From the NCBI GenBank assembly GCA_964057225.1, contig OZ059899.1, positions 17,050,001-17,114,000 on the forward strand: DNA of 64,000 nt, read 5' to 3'. Position 1 is the stretch's first letter. Each line of letters begins with the position of its first letter. Below, one piece after another: positions 56,791-64,000 of the stretch. The position numbers and the translations under genes were made by a program. Source of the stretch: Auanema rhodensis. Its lineage: Eukaryota; Animalia; Nematoda. Under the pieces are notes generated by a model. The model was not told where the DNA came from and did no database searches. It saw only the letters and a program-made list of their open reading frames with translations.

Positions 56791-58590
56791 ATAAAACATT
56801 GAGAAACGCTTAATACAAAAATTAGTTATGATCGTTTGAAAAAAGACGCATTAGTGTATGTTGAGTTTCCATGTACACTCAACATTGCTTCCAAAAACAT
56901 TTTGACAAAAATTTTTTCGAAAAATTTCAAAATAATTTCGCAAAAAGTAAATGTTTTTAGATTCCTTTTTTTAAGGCAAAGACGATGGACAATGTTATTC
57001 AACGAAAAAATTAATTCTGCAGGGTGAAAATCGAGGATATAAGTGTGAACTTATATCAGTTGATATCTCGGTGCATTTTTAAGCTAGCGCAAATCTGATA
57101 ACACAGATCGACGCAGCTTAAAAATCCGCATCGAATGCACTATACAACATTGAGAAACGCTTAATACAAAAATTAGTTATGATCGTTTGAAAAAAGATGC
57201 ATTAGTGTATGTTGAGTTTCCATGTACACTCAACATTGCTTCCAAAAACATTTTGACAAAAATTTTTTCGAAAAATTTCAAAATAATTTCGCAAAAAGTA
57301 AATGTTTTTAGATTCCTTTTTTTAAGGCAAAGACGATGGACAATGTTATTCAACGAAAAAATTAATTCTGCAGGGTGAAAATCGAGGATATAAGTGTGCA
57401 CTTATATCAGTTGATATCTCGGTGCATTTTTAAGCTAGCGCAAATCTGATAACACAGATCGACGCAGCTTAAAAATTCGCATCGAATGCACTATACAACA
57501 TTGAGAAACGCTTAATACAAAAATTAGTTATGATCGTTTGAAAAAAGACGCATTAGTGTATGTTGAGTTTCCATGTACACTCAACATTGCTTCCAAAAAC
57601 ATTTTTACAAAAATTTTTCCGAAAAATTTCAAAATAATTTCGCAAAAAGTAAATGTTTTTAGATTCCTTTTTTTAAGGCAAAGACGATGGACAATGTTAT
57701 TCAACGAAAAAATTAATTCTGCAGGGTGAAAATCGAGGATATAAGTGTGAACTTATATCAGTTGATATCTCGGTGCATTTTTAAGCTAGCGCAAATCTGA
57801 TAACACAGATCGACGCAGCTTAAAAATTCGCATCGAATGCACTATACAACATTGAGAAACGCTTAATACAAAAATTAGTTATGATCGTTTGAAAAAAGAC
57901 GCATTAGTGTATGTTGAGTTTCCATGTACACTCAACATTGCTTCCAAAAACATTTTGACAAAAATTTTTTCGAAAAATTTCAGAATATTATAGCAAAAAA
58001 TAATTGTTTTTAGATTCCTTTTTTTAAGGCAAAGACGATGGACAATGTTATTCAACGAAAAAATTAATTCTGCAGGGTGAAAATCGAGGATATAAGTGTG
58101 AACTTATATCAGTTGATATCTCGGTGCATTTTTAAGCTAGCGCAAATCTGATAACACAGATCGACGCAGCTTAAAAATTCGCATCGAATGCACTATACAA
58201 CATTGAGAAACGCTTAATACAAAAATTAGTTATGATCGTTTGAAAAAAGACGCATTAGTGTATGTTGAGTTTCCATGTACACTCAACATTGCTTCCAAAA
58301 ACATTTTGACAAAAATTTTTTCGAAAAATTTCAAAATAATTTCGCAAAAAGTAAATGTTTTTAGATTCCTTTTTTTAAGGCAAAGACGATGGACAATGTT
58401 ATTCAACGAAAAAATTAATTCTGCAGGGTGAAAATCGAGGATATAAGTGTGAACTTATATCAGTTGATATCTCGGTGCATTTTTAAGCTAGCGCAAATCT
58501 GATAACACAGATCGACGCAGCTTAAAAATTCGCATCGAATGCACTATACAACATTGAGAAACGCTTAATACAAAAATTAGTTATGATCGT

Positions 58591-61500
58591 TTGAAAAAAG
58601 ACGCATTAGTGTATGTTGAGTTTCCATGTACACTCAACATTGCTTCCAAAAACATTTTTACAAAAATTTTTCCGAAAAATTTCAAAATAATTTCGCAAAA
58701 AGTAGATGTTTTTAGATTCCTTTTTTCAAAGCAAAGACGATGGACAATGTTATTCAACGGAAAAATTAATTCTGCAGGGTGAAAATCGAGGATATAAGTG
58801 TGAACTTATATCAGTTGATATCTCGGTGCATTTTTAAGCTAGCGCAAATCTGATAACACAGATCGACGCAGCTTAAAAATCCGCATCGAATGCACTATAC
58901 AACATTGAGAAACGCTGAATACAAAAATTAGTTATGATCGTTTGAAAAAAGATGCATTAGTGTATGTTGAGTTTCCATGTACACTCAACATTGCTTCCAA
59001 AAACATTTTTACAAAAATTTTTCCGAAAAATTTCAAAAAAATTTCGCAAAAAGTAGATGTTTTTAGATTCCTGTTTTCAAGGCAAAGACGATGGACAATG
59101 TTATTCAACGGAAAAATTAATTCTGCAGGGTGAAAATCGAGGATATAAGTGTGAACTTATATCAGTTGATATCTCGGTGCATTTTTAAGCTAGCGCAAAT
59201 CTGATAAAACAGATCGACGCAGCTTAAAAATCCGCATCGAATGCACTGTACAACATTGAGAAACGCTTAATACAAAAATTAGTTATGATCGTTTGAAAAA
59301 AGATGCATTAGTGTATGTTGAGTTTCCATGTACACTCAACATTGCTTCCAAAAACATTTTGACAAAAATTTTTTCGAAAAATTTCAAAATAATTTCGCAA
59401 AAAGTAAATGTTTTTAGATTCCTTTTTTTAAGGCAAAGACGATGGACAATGTTATTCAACGAAAAAATTAATTCTGCAGGGTGAAAATCGAGGATATAAG
59501 TGTGAACTTATATCAGTTGATATCTCGGTGCATTTTTAAGCTAGCGCAAATCTGATAACACAGATCGACGCAGCTTAAAAATTCGCATCGAATGCACTAT
59601 ACAACATTGAGAAACGCTTAATACAAAAATTAGTTATGATCGTTTGAAAAAAGACGCATTAGTGTATGTTGAGTTTCCATGTACACTCAACATTGCTTCC
59701 AAAAACATTTTGACAAAAATTTTTTCGAAAAATTTCAAAATAATTTCGCAAAAAGTAAATGTTTTTAGATTCCTTTTTTTAAGGCAAAGACGATGGACAA
59801 TGTTATTCAACGAAAAAATTAATTCTGCAGGGTGAAAATCGAGGATATAAGTGTGAACTTATATCAGTTGATATCTCGGTGCATTTTTGAGCTAGCGCAA
59901 ATCTGATAACACAGATCGACGCAGCTTAAAAATTCGCATCGAATGCACTATACAACATTGAGAAACGCTTAATACAAAAATTAGTTATGATCGTTTGAAA
60001 AAAGACGCATTAGTGTATGTTGAGTTTCCATGTACACTCAACATTGCTTCCAAAAACATTTTTACAAAAATTTTTCCGAAAAATTTCAAAATAATTTCGC
60101 AAAAAGTAGATGTTTTTAGATTCCTTTTTTCAAGGCAAAGACGATGGACAATGTTATTCAACGAAAAAATTAATTCTGCAGGGTGAAAATCGAGGATATA
60201 AGTGTGAACTTATATCAGTTGATATCTCGGTGCATTTTTGAGCTAGCGCAAATCTGATAACACAGATCGACGCAGCTTAAAAATTCGCATCGAATGCACT
60301 ATACAACATTGAGAAACGCTTAATACAAAAATTAGTTATGATCGTTTGAAAAAAGACGCATTAGTGTATGTTGAGTTTCCATGTACACTCAACATTGCTT
60401 CCAAAAACATTTTTACAAAAATTTTTCCGAAAAATTTCAAAATAATTTCGCAAAAAGTAGATGTTTTTAGATTCCTTTTTTCAAGGCAAAGACGATGGAC
60501 AATGTTATTCAACGAAAAAATTAATTCTGCAGGGTGAAAATCGAGGATATAAGTGTGAACTTATATCAGTTGATATCTCGGTGCATTTTTGAGCTAGCGC
60601 AAATCTGATAACACAGATCGACGCAGCTTAAAAATTCGCATCGAATGCACTATACAACATTGAGAAACGCTTAATACAAAAATTAGTTATGATCGTTTGA
60701 AAAAAGACGCATTAGTGTATGTTGAGTTTCCATGTACACTCAACATTGCTTCCAAAAACATTTTTACAAAAATTTTTCCGAAAAATTTCAAAATAATTTC
60801 GCGAAAAGTAGATGTTTTTAGATTCCTTTTTTCAAAGCAAAGACGATGGACAATGTTATTCAACGGAAAAATTAATTCTGCAGGGTGAAAATCGAGGATA
60901 TAAGTGTGAACTTATATCAGTTGATATCTCGGTGCATTTTTAAGCTAGCGCAAATCTGATAACACAGATCGACGCAGCTTAAAAATCCGCATCGAATGCA
61001 CTATACAACATTGAGAAACGCTTAATACAAAAATTAGTTATGATCGTTTGAAAAAAGATGCATTAGTGTATGTTGAGTTTCCATGTACACTCAACATTGC
61101 TTCCAAAAACATTTTTACAAAAATTTTTCCGAAAAATTTCAAAAAAATTTCGCAAAAAGTAGATGTTTTTAGATTCCTTTTTTCAAGGCAAAGACGATGG
61201 ACAATGTTATTCAACGGAAAAATTAATTCTGCAGGGTGAAAATCGAGGATATAAGTGTGAACTTATATCAGTTGATATCTCGGTGCATTTTTAAGCTAGC
61301 GCAAATCTGATAAAACAGATCGACGCAGCTTAAAAATCCGCATCGAATGCACTGTACAACATTGAGAAACGCTTAATACAAAAATTAGTTATGATCGTTT
61401 GAAAAAAGATGCATTAGTGTATGTTGAGTTTCCATGTACACTCAACATTGCTTCCAAAAACATTTTGACAAAACTTTTTTCGAAAAATTTCAAAATAATT

Positions 61501-64000
61501 TCGCAAAAAGTAAATGTTTTTAGATTCCTTTTTTTAAGGCAAAGACGATGGACAATGTTATTCAACGAAAAAATTAATTCTGCAGGGTGAAAATCGAGGA
61601 TATAAGTGTGAACTTATATCAGTTGATATCTCGGTGCATTTTTAAGCTAGCGCAAATCTGATAACACAGATCGACGCAGCTTAAAAATTCGCATCGAATG
61701 CACTATACAACATTGAGAAACGCTTAATACAAAAATTAGTTATGATCGTTTGAAAAAAGACGCATTAGTGTATGTTGAGTTTCCATGTACACTCAACATT
61801 GCTTCCAAAAACATTTTTACAAAAATTTTTCCGAAAAATTTCAAAATAATTTCGCAAAAAGTAGATGTTTTTAGATTCCTTTTTTCAAGGCAAAGACGAT
61901 GGACAATGTTATTCAACGAAAAAATTAATTCTGCAGGGTGAAAATCGAGGATATAAGTGTGAACTTATATCAGTTGATATCTCGGTGCATTTTTGAGCTA
62001 GCGCAAATCTGATAACACAGATCGACGCAGCTTAAAAATTCGCATCGAATGCACTATACAACATTGAGAAACGCTTAATACAAAAATTAGTTATGATCGT
62101 TTGAAAAAAGACGCATTAGTGTATGTTGAGTTTCCATGTACACTCAACATTGCTTCCAAAAACATTTTTACAAAAATTTTTCCGAAAAATTTCAAAATAA
62201 TTTCGCAAAAAGTAGATGTTTTTAGATTCCTTTTTTCAAGGCAAAGACGATGGACAATGTTATTCAACGAAAAAATTAATTCTGCAGGGTGAAAATCGAG
62301 GATATAAGTGTGAACTTATATCAGTTGATATCTCGGTGCATTTTTGAGCTAGCGCAAATCTGATAACACAGATCGACGCAGCTTAAAAATTCGCATCGAA
62401 TGCACTATACAACATTGAGAAACGCTTAATACAAAAATTAGTTATGATCGTTTGAAAAAAGACGCATTAGTGTATGTTGAGTTTCCATGTACACTCAACA
62501 TTGCTTCCAAAAACATTTTTACAAAAATTTTTCCGAAAAATTTCAAAATAATTTCGCGAAAAGTAGATGTTTTTAGATTCCTTTTTTCAAAGCAAAGACG
62601 ATGGACAATGTTATTCAACGGAAAAATTAATTCTGCAGGGTGAAAATCGAGGATATAAGTGTGAACTTATATCAGTTGATATCTCGGTGCATTTTTAAGC
62701 TAGCGCAAATCTGATAACACAGATCGACGCAGCTTAAAAATCCGCATCGAATGCACTATACAACATTGAGAAACGCTTAATACAAAAATTAGTTATGATC
62801 GTTTGAAAAAAGATGCATTAGTGTATGTTGAGTTTCCATGTACACTCAACATTGCTTCCAAAAACATTTTTACAAAAATTTTTCCGAAAAATTTCAAAAA
62901 AATTTCGCAAAAAGTAGATGTTTTTAGATTCCTTTTTTCAAGGCAAAGACGATGGACAATGTTATTCAACGGAAAAATTAATTCTGCAGGGTGAAAATCG
63001 AGGATATAAGTGTGAACTTATATCAGTTGATATCTCGGTGCATTTTTAAGCTAGCGCAAATCTGATAAAACAGATCGACGCAGCTTAACAATCCGCATCG
63101 AATGCACTGTACAACATTGAGAAACGCTTAATACAAAAATTAGTTATGATCGTTTGAAAAAAGATGCATTAGTGTATGTTGAGTTTCCATGTACACTCAA
63201 CATTGCTTCCAAAAACATTTTGACAAAAATTTTTTCGAAAAATTTCAAAATAATTTCGCAAAAAGTAAATGTTTTTAGATTCCTTTTTTTAAGGCAAAGA
63301 CGATGGACAATGTTATTCAACGAAAAAATTAATTCTGCAGGGTGAAAATCGAGGATATAAGTGTGAACTTATATCAGTTGATATCTCGGTGCATTTTTAA
63401 GCTAGCGCAAATCTGATAACACAGATCGACGCAGCTTAAAAATTCGCATCGAATGCACTATACAACATTGAGAAACGCTTAATACAAAAATTAGTTATGA
63501 TCGTTTGAAAAAAGACGCATTAGTGTATGTTGAGTTTCCATGTACACTCAACATTGCTTCCAAAAACATTTTTACAAAAATTTTTCCGAAAAATTTCAAA
63601 ATAATTTCGCAAAAAGTAGATGTTTTTAGATTCCTTTTTTCAAGGCAAAGACGATGGACAATGTTATTCAACGAAAAAATTAATTCTGCAGGATGAAAAT
63701 CGAGGATATAAGTGTGAACTTATATCAGTTGATATCTCGGTGCATTTTTGAGCTAGCGCAAATCTGATAACACAGATCGACGCAGCTTAAAAATTCGCAT
63801 CGAATGCACTATACAACATTGAGAAACGCTTAATACAAAAATTAGTTATGATCGTTTGAAAAAAGACGCATTAGTGTATGTTGAGTTTCCATGTACACTC
63901 AACATTGCTTCCAAAAACATTTTTACAAAAATTTTTCCGAAAAATTTCAAAATAATTTCGCAAAAAGTAGATGTTTTTAGATTCCTTTTTTCAAGGCAAA
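58591..64000. repeat. Local 6-mer then 5-mer higher-order repeat rich in subtype C
   Basis: TCAAAGCAA in units 58591, 60697 and 62452. TTCAAAAAAATTTCG in units 58942, 61048 and 62803. Spacings are 2106 and 1755. Confidence 0.88.

Larger units (their letters stand above)
1..64000. repeat. Satellite DNA array, 351-bp monomer, about 182 head-to-tail copies, extending beyond both window edges
   Basis: The sequence at 1-351 recurs with period 351. ORF-track starts fit 328+351n minus three 1-bp deletions (e.g. 63505 = 328+180x351-3). Monomers differ by only a few substitutions. No insertions or inversions were seen. Confidence 0.99.

Noticed and set aside
57177-57401. Unique 74-aa minus-strand ORF
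   Set aside because: It is created by a single A>C change at 57399 that gives a GTG start in one monomer. It is a chance antisense frame.
1-64000. CRISPR array
   Set aside because: The entire 351 bp repeats, with no unique spacers and no cas genes.

Overview
The whole 64 kb window is one uninterrupted head-to-tail satellite DNA array. It has about 182 copies of a 351-bp AT-rich monomer (about 31% GC by hand count of the first unit), all in the same orientation. I see no genes, RNA genes, transposon insertions or unique spacers, and the repeated 63-aa ORF is an artefact of the monomer. Three kinds of structure are of interest. (i) Each monomer carries at least four inverted repeats, including a 51-bp imperfect hairpin, and is CpG-enriched. 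(ii) Three monomer subtypes (A, B, C) are defined by linked SNP blocks and can be found as chimeras. (iii) Diagnostic variants replace each other from left to right, and shared rare SNPs reveal nested duplications at offsets of 3 to 24 monomers (irregular, incipient higher-order repeats). This organisation resembles a eukaryotic (peri)centromeric satellite, probably from a genome with little CpG methylation. That is inference: neither the organism nor a function can be determined from this window, and I cannot support a novel gene system here.
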